DNA from: Octopus vulgaris
Lineage: Eukaryota
Direction of reading: 5' to 3'
DNA length: 64,000 bases
NCBI GenBank assembly: GCA_951406725.2
Contig: OX597820.1
Coordinates: 31,496,001 to 31,560,000 of the forward strand
Positions 13,186-27,351 of the stretch are shown here, piece after piece; position 1 is the stretch's first letter; each line of letters opens with the position of its first letter. The notes beneath the pieces were generated by a model. The model worked only from the letters and a program-made list of their open reading frames with translations, was not told where the DNA came from and made no database searches. The translations under genes were made by a program, and so were the position numbers.

Positions 13186-13360
13186 ATAATAAAGACCACA
13201 AGATTTGCTAATTATAGCTACCTGAGGTTTTGTAGCAAAAACATTTATTTTGCCATTTTTCAAATTGTCTTGTTCTCAACTTGAAAAGTGGGCAAATAAA
13301 TGTTTCAGCCAGGAAACCCTGGGTAGCTGTAATTAACAAGACTTGTAGTTTTTATTATAA
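13186..13360. repeat. Long imperfect palindrome (foldback MITE-like)
   Basis: tataataaagaccacaag...gccatttttcaa mirrored by ttgaaaagtgggc...cttgtagtttttattata. Confidence 0.75.
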
Positions 13361-13649
13361 CAGTGTGTGTGTGTGTGTGTGTAACAGTAAGATCCAAGGA
13401 TCAAGGTATAGGAAGTTAGTAAGCTTCAAGCAATCTGTAGAAAATATTGAAAACGACTTTCAAAAACAATAGTGGTTTATTGGCATATAAGGTTGTGAAT
13501 TTCTCCTGTATTGAAGTACAATAAGCTGAAGAAGCTTAATTTTATAGTTCACGGTTAGCAACAGGGGCTATGCAAATAAACATCCAAATATTAGGGAATC
13601 GAGTAGATAAAATCAAGGCTACATATGTTTCATAGGTAGTGGAATCATA

Positions 13650-14050
13650 TAAAGGGTGCGGTGAATATATTGTTGTCTAAGTTGTGTAAAAGTTAAAATA
13701 ACACTGACATCTCATTTTAACAGATATATTTACCAAAATTACATAAAAATATCTTGAAATACTAAAGAGTAAATATATTCAATAAAATTGCCATTGGCTT
13801 CAACCATGGCCTCCAGACGACTTTGGAATCTCCTGCAACTCTGCTGGACAGTATCCTTGTTTAAGTTGGTGGATGCTGCCATAATCCTTGCTTTCAGTTC
13901 ATTTTGGTGTTACAAGGAGTTTTGTTGGTCTCTCACTCAACTGCGTCCCACACATAATAATTGTGTGTGTGTGTGTGGGGGGGGGGGTGCAGTCTGGGGA
14001 ATTAGGTGGCCAGATATTAGGGGTGATGTGACAACAGAAATTGCCAGTAT
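13650..14050 (-). mobile_element. Tc1/mariner transposase 3' remnant
   Basis: NIWPPNSPDC motif on -, plus a terminal RFQSRLEAMVEANG-like segment. Confidence 0.7.
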
Positions 14051-15159
14051 GGAAAGCAGATTCTAAATGATGATGATGATATATGTATGTATGTGTATGT
14101 ATGTATTTACGTATGTGTATTTGTGAGTATCCAAGTCTTGGTATTATGTAATCGCTGTAAACAGGCATCACCATCATACAAGCAATGTTGTTCATTTCCA
14201 GTCTTACTTGAAAAGTGTGCCTTGCCATGGGGAAAATATTACCTTACCTGGAAGTAGGTGATGGATGGTAGGTGAGGGAGCATCTGGTTATAGAAAATAT
14301 GCCACAACAAATTCTGTTTGACTCATCGAAATACAGGAAAATAGACATTAAATGTTGCTGATAATGTGGGTGACTGCAGTGGAAAACAGTTAAAATGCAT
14401 GGAGTTACTGTAAAAATATACCAGTAGATTGGAGAACAATAGCTGGAAGAGGGCACTGCTGGTCTCCAAAAGCAGATCACAGAACTTTGGATAAGGGCCA
14501 TGGGTACTGCCTCTCCTGTTTTGGTTAAGCAGTAAAAGAAATCGTATTAGTTAATATTCTTTTACACACATGGTGATCCCTATGAGACAATTAATACAAG
14601 GGAGATAATCATTTCTTCATAATATTTGGTGGGATTAGAAATTTGAACTGACAAGACAATTAAGGAAGTATAAGGAAGAAGATGAAGAGAATGTGCATAT
14701 ATAATTTTTTTTGTTGCCCACTTATTACTAAGTTCTTTTTCCTTAAACCAACTGTTAGTGTCCCTATGCCAGAATATATACATAGACAAGATTTGCAAAT
14801 GAGAAGTATTAACTACCTCAATAGACCAATGAGAAGAAACTGAGAGGTGAGGCATGAGGAGAATATTAAAACATTGTGTCTGCTTTACAGAGAAGGTGGA
14901 GAAGGATAAGAAGTACAACTGGGATGTTGTTGGTGTTGTTGTGTTTAACCCATGTGGACACTGACCAAGGAGACCTACGATCAAAAAGCATTTAGGCCAT
15001 GTACACCCTACCTTTTTATGGCTAAATAAGAACTACAGTTATCCAGTATTTTCTTTATTTGATTATGAAGATGATGATAATGTTCCAGTACTGTCAGCAA
15101 ATTCAAAAGAAAAGGTTAAAATTGAAAATAAATTATGTTTCTTAGGAAAAGGTTAGGAT

Positions 15160-15694
15160 AGATCGAGATAAACAGACCCGAGAGATAAACAGACTAACAG
15201 ACAGACAGATAAATAGTGGTAGATATAATGATAGCTTAATAGTGTCAGATAGACAAGTATCAGACAGATAGGCAGACAAATAGCTGGAGAGACAGACAGA
15301 CAGACAGAGAAATAGAGAGAAGACAAATAGATAACAAGAGGCAGACAGCTAAGTGGAGGGATAGACAGTCAGATATTTAGTCAGGCAGTTAGACAGACAG
15401 GCAGGCAGACTGACAGACAGATAGATAGATTATACATAGATACAGATAAATATTGAAATAGGCTGAGATAAAAATACACTACCAGATGCATTCAGAGAGA
15501 GAGAAAGAGAGAGAATCAAACAGAGGGGGAGAGAGAGAGAGAGAGAAAGAGGCAGTCATATACAGAGAGACAGACAGATAGATAGGTAGAGATAGACAGA
15601 CTGATAAACAGAAAGATAGATGGAGGTACACAGTTAGATAGACTGATAGATAGACATAGATAGATGGAGGTAGACAGACAGACAGACAGACAGG

Positions 15695-15749
<55 letters not shown>

Positions 15750-15875
15750 TCATGCAGACAAACAGATAGAGATGAAGAAAGACAGGTAAATAGGTAGATA
15801 GATAGATAGATAGATAGACAGACAGATAGGCAGACAGATAGATAGATAGACAGATAGATAGACAGACAGACAGAC

Positions 15876-15906
<31 letters not shown>

Positions 15907-16160
15907 CAGATAGACAGATAGATAAACAGACAGATAGGCAGATAGATAGATAGACAGATAGAGAGGAAGACAGATAGATAGGAAGACAGACATAGACAAA
16001 CAGACAGACAAATAGAAAGGCAGATAGAGACAGAGAGGGAGAGATAGAAAGACAGGCAGACAATAGATATATGGAAAGAGATAGACAATGAGAAAAATTG
16101 TCAGGTAGCGACACAAGAAAGAAAGAAAAGAAAAGAAAAGAAAAGAAAAGAAAAGAAAAG

Positions 16161-16191
<31 letters not shown>

Positions 16192-16194
16192 GAA

Positions 16195-16242
<48 letters not shown>

Positions 16243-16325
16243 AAAGAAAGAAAGGGAGAAGGAAAAAGAAAGAAAGGGAGAAAGAAAGACAGAAATGATA
16301 AGAAAGAAAGAGATAAGAGATAGAT
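15160..16325. repeat. Compound microsatellite (GATA/GACA)n followed by (GAAAA/GAAA)n
   Basis: Directly visible; source of the spurious 309-aa and 258-aa ORFs. Confidence 0.95.
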
Positions 16326-16567
16326 TTAAATAGTAAGTGGTTAGTATCATTGTGCGCTTTACAATGATACACATCATTAGAGAAAGGTGAACGTACGATG
16401 GCAAACACACCTAAACACTGTCACAAACAGCTATACGATCACCCAAAAATAAATCACCCTGAAACACACAGACACACACACTCCACACACGTTCAATAAT
16501 AGTAGTTGCCAATAATGTATGGAAGACAAAAAAGGATATTATAATATGTAATAAACAAGTTACTCAC

Positions 16568-16605
16568 ATGGTTAATTTGGTCTCAGAAAATTCGGCGATG
16601 GTCAT
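16568..16605 (-). CDS. Putative first coding segment of an unidentified gene (MTIAEFSETKLT + 2 nt, phase-2 intron)
   Basis: aaacaATG context after an A-rich UTR; 38 nt of non-repetitive sequence; donor AT|GTGAGT at 16567; no downstream exon recognised in the window. Confidence 0.55.
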
Positions 16606-17322
16606 TGTTTCTTTCTTTCTTTCGGTTTATTATTATTATTTTTTTTGTAATTTTTGTATTTCGCTCCCTTCTTTTATGATTATTATAATTATTATTTTTA
16701 GTAATTATTTTTTATGCTTGTTTTTATCTTTTTTTCCTCTGTTAAGAATTCAAGTATTTTCCAGAACATTTAAATTTTTCTTCTTTTTTTTTAAAAAAGA
16801 AAGAAACAAAAAAATTTTAATAATAAATTTTAACCAACGCAACACGATTCCTTAAAATTAGTCGAATATGAATTTCTTGGTCTCCATCTGTCTTTTTTCC
16901 TAATTAATAAACTATATATATATATATAGGGTATTTGTGTTTAGTGTGTATATATTATTGTATAGACATGTACCAAGAATACGTGAACATGCTAAGTATT
17001 GAGGTGTAAGGTTTGTTATATGTATGCATGTATGTATATGTAAATACGTGTGTGTATTGTTTTAAGTGTTCTTTAATATCTCCATTCAGTTCCAAATCCA
17101 GTCCGCCTCCAAATAAAAACAATAATAATAATGATAAATGCAAATACTAAATTCTAAGTTTAGAAACTGTAAATCGATTGATCGATTATTTGTGTGTTTG
17201 AGTGATTGATTAGAAATGGTAAACGTGGCAGACCGTGTGCATGTATGTCCAAGAAATATAGAGCCCAAAGCCAGCAGGTGTGTATATATATACTTCCAAT
17301 GAAAAGCCGCTCGTATGTAATT
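16606..17322 (-). other. Putative 5' UTR portion of the same exon
   Basis: Strong acceptor ttttctctttcatttatatttttag| at 17323-17324; unique, TE-free sequence down to the ATG. Confidence 0.45.
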
Positions 17323-17775
17323 CTAAAAATATAAATGAAAGAGAAAATTAATTAAACAAATAAATAAAATAGACGGATAGATATACACACATATTTTCAG
17401 AAATATATGCATATATTTATACACACATACATATATATTTATAATACATATATTTAAGTACATACAAATATATATTTGTATATACATACATGTATATATT
17501 TATATACATATATATTTAAATCAGACATTCTGTTAATTAAGAAAGGGAATTAACATAGTGGTTAATAAAACAACACATATTATTTGTTTTTTAATGAAAT
17601 ATATCAAATACATTGCTAAATCAATAGATACTTTGACTTATTACTGAGGTTATGTACAGACGGTACATAACAAACGTGAGTTACGTTCAGGAGATAAATT
17701 GAGATCGTATAGCAGTCATTTTCTTTTATTTTAATAAACTTTTATTATATTCTAACTTACACAAAATCAATCATA

Positions 17776-17974
17776 CTCTTTTACTTGTTTCAGTCATTTG
17801 ACTGTGGCCATGTTGGAGCACCGCCTATAGTCGAGCAAATCGACCCCAGGACTTATTCTTATGTAAGCCTAGAACTTATTCTATCGGTCTCTTTTGCCGA
17901 ACCGCTAAGTTACGGGGGACGTAAACACACCAGCATCGGTTTCAAGTGATATTGGGGGACAAACACACACACAC

Positions 17975-18042
<68 letters not shown>

Positions 18043-18188
18043 GACGGGCTTCTTTCAATTTCCGTCTACCAAATCCACTCACAAGGCTATAGTAGAAGAC
18101 ACTTGCCCAAGGTGCCACGCAGTGGGACTGAACCTGGAACCATATGGTTTGTAAGAAAGCTAATTACCAGACAGCCACTTCTACGCCT
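17776..18188 (-). mobile_element. Young tRNA-derived SINE
   Basis: Near full-length copy of the 7275-7670 family with CpGs intact. Confidence 0.85.
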
Positions 18189-18189
18189 A

Positions 18190-18670
18190 TAAACGTAAAG
18201 TGGACCTCGGCGGAATTTCAACGCAAAATGCTAAGACGGACGGGAAAAGGCTGCGCGATAACAATTCTGCCAGCTTGCCGCGTTATACATTAACATATAT
18301 ATAATCTTTTCTACTATAGGCACAAGGCCTGACATTTGGGGGAGGGAGACAGTCGATTACATCGACCTCAGTGCGTAACTGGTACCTAATTTATCGACCC
18401 AGAAAGGATGAAAGGCAAAGTCGACCTCGGAGGAATTTGAACTCAGAACGTAACGGCAGACGAAATACCTATTTCTTTACTACCCACAAGGGGCTAAACA
18501 CGGAGAGGACAAACAAGGACAGACAAACGGATTAAGTCGATTATATCGACCCCAGTGCGTAACTGGTACTTAATTTATCGACTCCGAAAGGATGAAAGGC
18601 AAAGTCGACCTCGGCGGAATTTGAACTCAGAACGTAGCGGCAGACGAAATATCGCCAAGCATTTCGCCCA
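18190..18670 (-). mobile_element. Tandem copies of a second SINE family (central domain gtcgactttgcctttcatcctttcggggtcgataaattaagtaccag)
   Basis: Recurring aaaggatgaaaggcaaagtcgacctcgg..gaatttgaactcagaacg; other copies at 22.0-22.3, 27.4-27.6, 28.5-29.9, 42.1-42.3, 57.8-58.15 and 58.7-59.75 kb. Confidence 0.75.
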
Positions 18671-19014
18671 GCAAAACATTTCATTTCACGTTGGCAAAAA
18701 TGGGTCAGGGTATATAAGCCACAGAATCCAGACCTTATGGACCTATGGCTCAGGAAGAACTTTTCATAGAAATGTGTATATCTGTCTATGTCTATATACA
18801 AACGGCAAGCTTCCATACAGTTTCCTTTGATCAAATTCACTCTCAATGTATTGGTAGGCTCAGAACTAGGGTAGAAGGCACTTGTCCAAGGTGCCGCGAA
18901 ATGACACTGAACTCGGAACTACGTGGATGCGAAGCCTATTTCAAGACAACCGAAATACAAGATGTTATTTATTTTCCACAAATGCAACGATAACGAAAAA
19001 TGTTGTTTATTTGA

Positions 19015-19365
19015 ATGTGTGGTAACTAGCTTGCTTACCAACCACATGGTTCCAGGTTCAATCCCACTGCGTGGAACCTTAGGCAAGTGTCTTCTACTAT
19101 AGCCTCGGGCCGACCAAAGCCTTGTGAGTGGATTTGGTAGATGGAAACTGAAAGAAGCCCGTCGTATATATGTATATATATGTGTGTGTGTGTGCCTGTA
19201 TATGCTGGTGTGTTTACGTTCCCGTAACTTAGCGGTTCGACAAAAGAGACCGATGGAATAAGTACTAGGCTTACAAAGAATAAGTCCTGGGGTCGATTTG
19301 GTCGACTAAAGGTGGTGCTCCAGCATGGCCACAGTCAAATGACTGAAACAAGTAAAAGAGTAAAA
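19015..19365 (+). mobile_element. tRNA-derived SINE
   Basis: Head gtgtggtaactagcttgcttaccaaccacatggttccaggttcaatccc to tail gactgaaacaagtaaaagagt. Confidence 0.85.
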
Positions 19366-19740
19366 GAGTCAAAATATATACAGAATAAAATACAAAAAGA
19401 CAGAACAGTAAAGGAATCACAAAGAAAAATGATTGCACAGACGCGTCAGAAGAAGTCTTGGTGAATTCCAGGAAGCATGAACTTTTTAAAGAACGCATCA
19501 TCCTGACAACTAAGAACTGACTTGGGTGGTTTATTCCATGGTTAGGCAATTCTTAGCGTGGAAAAAAATCGTTACCGAAAGTTATGGCTGCTACGTTTTT
19601 TTTTTTAATCTTTTAAGCTTGTTCATGGCTGGTAGAGATATTGAATTCTAAAAGGTGGCCGAAGTTGTACCTGGAAAAACAGTAGATAATATTTTGGGCT
19701 TCTACTAAGCGAGCTGCTAAATATAATCGAAATTCTAGTC

Positions 19741-20064
19741 CAATGGTTCTCAACTATTTTTGTTTATCTATGGACCCCTTTCATTTCTACTTTATTCTGG
19801 AGCACAGCCCATTGCCAGTCGATGTTTAAAAACTAGTTTTGTAGACACTTTTTTCAAAATTCCTATTTTGATGTCCACGCGTTCACTTGTATAGAGTTGC
19901 AACAGAACTCTCTGAGAGAAAGAAACCTAGCTGTTTGTTGCAATAAATATATCGTAATCAAAATTTTTCATGGACCCTTAAAATACTACTATGGATCTCC
20001 AGTTTACTGTTTTGCTTGCGTAGACTCCCAGAAATCTTATATGTACCCCAGTTGGGAATCACTG
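19741..20064. mobile_element. hAT-type MITE
   Basis: TIRs caatggttctcaac / gttgggaatcactg; homologous to 26891-27351. Confidence 0.7.
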
Positions 20065-20645
20065 ATTTAGTGTGTAGGATGGCCCGAGAAGCAAGGCGTT
20101 CAAGATATGGTGATTAACGAAGAGCATTCGTCTGGTCGTATGTGTCTGGAGTGTAGACTGCGTGAACGAGCAGACAATATAGATTAATGGCGTTTTAACT
20201 GGGACCATCTCTCACATTTCTAGGACTATTATATCTAATGTGTTCTTTCCTTTTTCAAGACGATAGTGTTTGATTTGGGTGGCATTTGGATGTTATTTCT
20301 AAGTAGGTCGAACGACCACGTCAAATTTGCCTTGGCATCAAAATAAAATATTTCATTACAATACAGTAGAAAACCGTATACATATGTACTAATATTACGT
20401 GAAATTGCGTAAACATATACTAATAATTTCTTATATAGTGGACAAGGCGAAGAGGAAGTAATTTAGTCAATTAGATCGACAAGTATTTCACTGGGACATA
20501 TTACAATCGATCGCTAACTTCATAACAGTAAAAATTAGTCCGTTGCTTCTTTGTGTTATTTACATGTGATATGCAGGACATATTTCTCTGGCGTCCATGC
20601 ATCAAATATAATACACAATTTTTTCAACCGCTAGAGAATCTTGGG

Positions 20646-21305
20646 ACTAATGAAAGAAAAGGCTTTGGTTATAATTTACATCTTGACTCGGAAACGAAAA
20701 TAAAAAAAAATGTATTGGAATGAGTGTAAAACAATGTGTAGGAAACGAATATGAAAAAAAAATGCGCGCAAAACAACGGGAGGGTGGGGAGAGGACTTCG
20801 GAAAATTCACATGGTCCGAGTTTTCCCTCATAATTTTTAGGAAAATGGGAGTTGTTTTTCAATGAAATTTTATAGAAATATCATTCAAACGGCATACATA
20901 ACGATTATAAGGAAATTTGCGGGGAAAATCTTTTCAAAGCGGGTGGGGAGAGGACTGCGGAAAATTCACAAAATCCGAGTTATTCCCTCATAACTTTTAG
21001 GAATATGGGAGTTTTTTCAATGAAATTTTATATAAATACCTTTGTAACGGCAGACATTATGACGATAAAGTAATTTGTGGGGAAAATCTTGAGGTGGGGA
21101 GAGGACTTTCGGAAAATTCCTCGTTATATTCCGAAATCACATTCAACTTTCTACAGATACCCTAGCGTAGTACTACTACAATACATTGTGCTTGTTTCTA
21201 CCCACTTTCAATAATTTTTAATGTTTTGGCTTCAATTTTATTTCATTTTCGATTATTTTTACGCTTTTTTAACCCTTCGTCGTTATTTTCATTCACTCGT
21301 TATTA

Positions 21306-21351
<46 letters not shown>

Positions 21352-21376
21352 ATATATCTATCTATCAATCTATCTA

Positions 21377-21414
<38 letters not shown>

Positions 21415-21803
21415 TATATACATATGTATACACACATATATACACACACATATACAGTTATGAGGGAAGAACTTGGATCTTGTGAATTTTCCGAAATCCT
21501 CTTCCTACCCTTTGGAAAAGATTTTTGCCACAAATTTCTTTATAATCGTAATGTATGCCATTTGAATGGTATTTCTATAAAATTTCATTGAAAAAAAAAC
21601 CATTTTCCTAAAAGTTATGAGGGAAAAAAGCCCGGATCTTGTGAATTTTCCCAAGTCCTCTCCCCACCCTTCCGTTGCTTTGTGCGCATTTTTTTTCATA
21701 TTTATTTCCTACACATTGTTTTACACCCATTACAGTATTTTTTAAATTTTTATTTTCATTTCCGGATCAAGATGTAAACATTAACCAAAGCTTTATTATA
21801 GTC
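20646..21803. mobile_element. Foldback-type element with long modular inverted arms
   Basis: Left arm 20658-21120 has ~155-bp tandem units (ggtggggagaggac at ~20783, 20942, 21093); right arm 21457-21793 is its reverse complement; microsatellite spacer. Confidence 0.8.
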
Positions 21804-22364
21804 AGAACGTATGAAACAAGACTAACTAAAAAAAAAAAAAAAACAATCTGAAGACAATCATGGACGTTTAGGACAAACAAATTAAAATGCTTTGAAGACG
21901 CAAAGGGTTTAAGTCGACCCCGGTGAGGATTGAACTGAAAACATAAAGAAATAATAGATTCTATCAAAGCCTAAAATTTGAGTGAAGTGATAATTAAATC
22001 GACGCTAATATTTGAGTGAGGCGATGATTAAATCGGCGCTAATATTTGAGTGGTAGTCTATTTTATCGACTTCGAAAGGATGAAAGATAAAGTCGACTTC
22101 GGCATAATTTGAATTTAGAACATAAAGAGCCAGAAAAATGCCGCTAAACATTTTTTTTTCCAACACTAACAATTCTGCCAGCTCGCAACCTTATTTATTC
22201 TACTATAGGCGCATGATCTGAACTGTTGGGCGAGGTGGGTAATTGTACATCGACCCCAGAGCTCAATCGATACTTATCTTATCGACCCCGAAGAAATGAA
22301 ATGCAAAGTCGACCACAGCGGATTTTGAACTCATTACCACTTTAACAATAATTGTAGTAACAAC

Positions 22365-22600
22365 GAGTTCGAATCCCGGATCGGGCTGCGTGTTGTGTTC
22401 TTGAGCAAGACCCTTTATTTCACGTTGCTCCAGTTCACTCAGCTGTAGAAACGAGTTGCGACGTCACAGGTGCCAAGCTGAATCGGCCTGAGGCTGGTAT
22501 GCATGGGCGACTGCTGGTCTTGCCCGGACTTGGGCCTGGGAGGATAACTTTCTAGGTGCAATCCCATGGTCAGTCGTGACCGAAGGGGTTCTCAGTAACG
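22365..22600 (+). mobile_element. Third SINE family fragment (gtgttcttgagcaagac...ttgctccagt.cactcagctg)
   Basis: Shared with 2155-2285, 52170-52300, 54550-54750, 58330-58440 and 59381-59625. Confidence 0.65.
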
Positions 22601-22924
22601 GGTTCTTTTATTGTCATAGAGGCATCTGATATCACATGTACAATTTAAGAAAATTTTTTTTAAAGTGACGGGGTTTTACAATGAGTCTGTCAGATTGTAA
22701 TACATAAAACCATCAGAATCACTAGCACGCTGGACAAAATGCTTCGCGACATTTCTTCTGGTTTACGTTCTGAGTTCAAATTCTGTCGAGGTTGACTTTT
22801 CCTATCATAAAATAAGTTATAGGTGAATACTGAGACCGACGTAATTGGCCAGCCCCCTCCTCCAAAATTTAAAGTATTGTGCCTCTCGTAGAAAGGACAC
22901 ACACACATATATATCTGAAGAAAT

Positions 22925-23286
22925 TGGAGTTAGGAAGAGGGAGTACGATTGGACATTTGTTTATTATTCGCTACAATTGTTTCGACACAACATAGTTCTC
23001 CAAGAATACAGCAATTTGATTATGCAACCGTTTGCTTACATAATGAAATCTAGTTGTGTTTTCTCGGGCGATATACAAGTGTTGTCTCCGTTAGCTTAAA
23101 ATCTTCGACTTCAAGGCCTTCCTCTCTGTTTGTAGAAGCTTGAATTTGATTGTGGCTGAAATCCTCATGGAGCGAGCTGTGACAGCGCGTTTGCCCGACC
23201 AATACTACCTATACTACTGGGGTTATTCTGAAGGTGGACAAGGTCTATACTGTACTCTAACACGTTCCTAACAGAATACAGCATAA

Positions 23287-23340
<54 letters not shown>

Positions 23341-23650
23341 GTCCTGTTATTATTTTTATTATTTATTATTGTATTTATATTTGTGTAACTTTGTCCGTTT
23401 TTTCCGTCCTTGTTTTTGTATACATTCGCTGCTTTCTTCCAAGGAATCTAATGCTCTTAGCTTAGTTTTTCCTTGGGGCTGGCCAGATTGGAGCAATCTC
23501 AAAAATAATCAGCCGAAATTACGAGGATAATATGGTGCTTGACTGAGGAAAGAAAAGTTCGAATGACCCGTCCTTGTTTTCTTTGTATCGTCTATCTGGA
23601 TGTTTTGTTGTCACTAGCTGTTCGGATGTTTTGCGTTCTTGTCCCATTTT
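22925..23650. mobile_element. Probable Penelope-like terminal fragments
   Basis: tcgaaac...aataaa type end on - near 22960-22990 and a ctgaggaaag..ttcgaa motif at ~23543. Confidence 0.35.
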
Positions 23651-25079
23651 GTATATATATATATATATACACATGCATACAAATGAGTGTGTATGTATAT
23701 GTGGGTCCCACCCCACAAAAATGGACAGCTGTTTAGGGAAGCCAATCATACAACTGCCCCTCCACATAAATTCTGGACCTGGCTGGTTAACCAGATAAGA
23801 ACCTTCTCTCCGAATTCTATGACGATGATGATAAACAAGAAACGAAAGTGAAGATAGAATAACGTCGGCCATCACGTTATTCTATCTACCGCCAAAACTC
23901 ATCTACAGAACCACTGGCAGCCTACAAGATGCAAAGGGAGAAACCTTTACACAGTCACCTGAACGTATAGAAATAGCAGTCAAGTACCCTCAAATCACAC
24001 TCGCCACTGTCTTAAAACGTTAGATTACGTGGTCATCGGTCCCTTGCATGTAAGAAAAGATGAGATAGTCACAGATGGAATACCCTTGGTCATGAGTCTG
24101 CTCGAACAAGGTTGACCCAGGGTTAAATAACAAGGACTGATACTACAACACAACTCAGCGAAAGAGTGAGAGAGAGCATCAATGCGGTCGCACGATCGGC
24201 TAAAAATAGTAACAGAATGTCTTAAATCACACCTCAAAAAAGCAAGGAGAATAAAATTCGATAACATAGTCCTAGATACATTATCCGGAGGCAAAAAAGA
24301 CAGAACGGTCGTGGTTGCTCGATCAACGCTGAGAAATATGAGTAATAAAAACAATATGAGCAATAAAAACAGAGACTGAAACCTTGGCTTATGAGTTAAG
24401 TAGGACTCCTGCTGAGGGTTAGTGTCTTGGGAAAGAAAATTAGAGACAGAGAGACAGACACAGAACGATGGCTAGACAGACTGATGGAAAGAGATCGCTT
24501 GATAAATAGAAAGAAAGAAAGAAATATAGATACATAGCTAGATAGGTAAACACAGATCGAGACAGGTAGTCTGAGAGATAGATAGATAGATAGATAGATA
24601 GATAGCTAGATAGGTAAACACAGATTGAGACAGGTAGTCTGAGAAATAGTTGATAGATAGATAGATAATGAATTTATTCTGATAAAGCATCCTAAATGTA
24701 GATAAAACAGAAGATGAACAGACAGAAAGAAGAGTTTCTAAATAGTGTAAATAAACGAGTATTAAAATTTTGTTTTAAGACGGTTATGATTTAAAAAATT
24801 CTGCATTTCCAAGGACATCTCTGCTACAATCACCACGAAATATCTCTGTGACAACGATTCTTAACCATATTCTATGATGTACGGCACTTTGAATAGGTGT
24901 TACGTCACGCGATTAGCTATTAAAAGTTTTATTATGTAAATAAACGAGTATTAAAATTTTTTGTTTTAAGATGGTTATGATTTAAATGAATGATTTAGTG
25001 CTTTGCACTTTAATTGTGTATCTCTGTCTTCCCCTCTCTAGGAATCTTAATAACGCTTCTTTCCTTCCTTTTTATACCT

Positions 25080-26130
<1,051 letters not shown>

Positions 26131-26140
26131 AAAAATATTT

Positions 26141-26354
26141 AAGAGTGTTGAAAAGTTCCTAGCTTTGAGTAAAAAAAAATACAGGAAGATGAGTTAATTA
26201 CCATTTTCTTCAATATATTCCCCTCCCAGATTCACACACTAATCGAAGCAATTCTTCAGTTTTTCTGAGCCTTGTAAAAGAACTCGGAAGGTTGGCCCTC
26301 CAACCAGGCCTTTCGCAACATCCTTAAAGCCAGGAACTTATCAGCACTCCTTCG
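26141..26354. mobile_element. Mariner-type MITE (same family as 3160-3378)
   Basis: gtgttgaaaagttcctagcttt / aaagccaggaacttatcagcactcc. Confidence 0.7.
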
Positions 26355-26890
26355 TACACACACACACCACATAATACACTAGTGCGGTACATCAAGTTTT
26401 CTACCTACCCCCCCATAGTTCTATTCTCCTCGAAAACTCGGAACAAACCAGTAGCCATATACTATAAGGAGGGTTTGGACTGCCCTGTGCAGTAAGCTAA
26501 ACTGAGCGCCTACTTCTTTAAATACAACATACCTTCGACAACAGCAAACACACGTGTTTAAAGTGGCCGCCCTCTGCGGTCCGCGCAACCTGAGTTACGT
26601 CACTGCCATTCGCGACACAACTGCGTCTCGTAACTGGCGCACAAATGTCCCACGGAGCAATGACTGAAAACGTCTGCTGTTGTATGGGGTTGAGGGGTGA
26701 GAATGGAAGCTGTCACCCGCCAACAAGGTAAAAAGTAGCCAAATCGCATTCTGCTATCTTACAAAAGGAAAGGCGCAATAGAAAATGTAGTCTTAAATAT
26801 TCTACGTCAGCGAAAGTGGATGGAGCCCCTATGCGGTCGCTCGACATGCTAGAAATAACGATCAAGTCTCCCCTAAATCACACTTTATCT

Positions 26891-27351
26891 CAGTGGTTCT
26901 CGACCATTTTTTTTTCATCAATGGACTCATTTCATAACTATTCTATCCTGGTGAAACCCCATAGCCATTCGATGTTTAAAAGCTAGTTTTATATATAGGG
27001 AGAGTTTACGAAAAAAACAAAAGGTGTACAAAACAATCAGATGTATTAGTATAACGCTCAGGAATAGAAAAAGTGTTTTACGTTTCGAGCCTACGCTCTT
27101 CTACAGAAAGGGTCACAGAAAAAACAAGGAGAGAAAAAAATGTGTGTAGTGGCTAACGATCTATTAAAATTTCCATTTTGTTATTCACACATTAATTTGC
27201 ATAGGTTGATATATGTAAAACGTTAGGAAAAGAAACCTGTACCTTGCAATAGATACATGGACCTTAAAATACCACAGTGGATCCCCAGTTTACTATTTTG
27301 CTTGCATGGACCCCCAAAAATCTTATATGGACCCCTAATTGAGAACCCCTG
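26891..27351. mobile_element. hAT MITE with perfect 8-bp TSD, containing a Penelope-like terminal fragment (~26995-27165)
   Basis: ctttatct|cagtggttctc...gagaacccctg|ctttatct; insert contains acgtttcgagcctacgctcttc, the reverse complement of ~63728-63750. Confidence 0.85.

Noticed and set aside
15479-16410. 309-aa and 258-aa hydrophobic ORFs resembling membrane proteins
   Set aside because: Translations of (TATC/TGTC/TTTC)n microsatellites; the same applies to ORFs at 25014-25796 and 29853-30422
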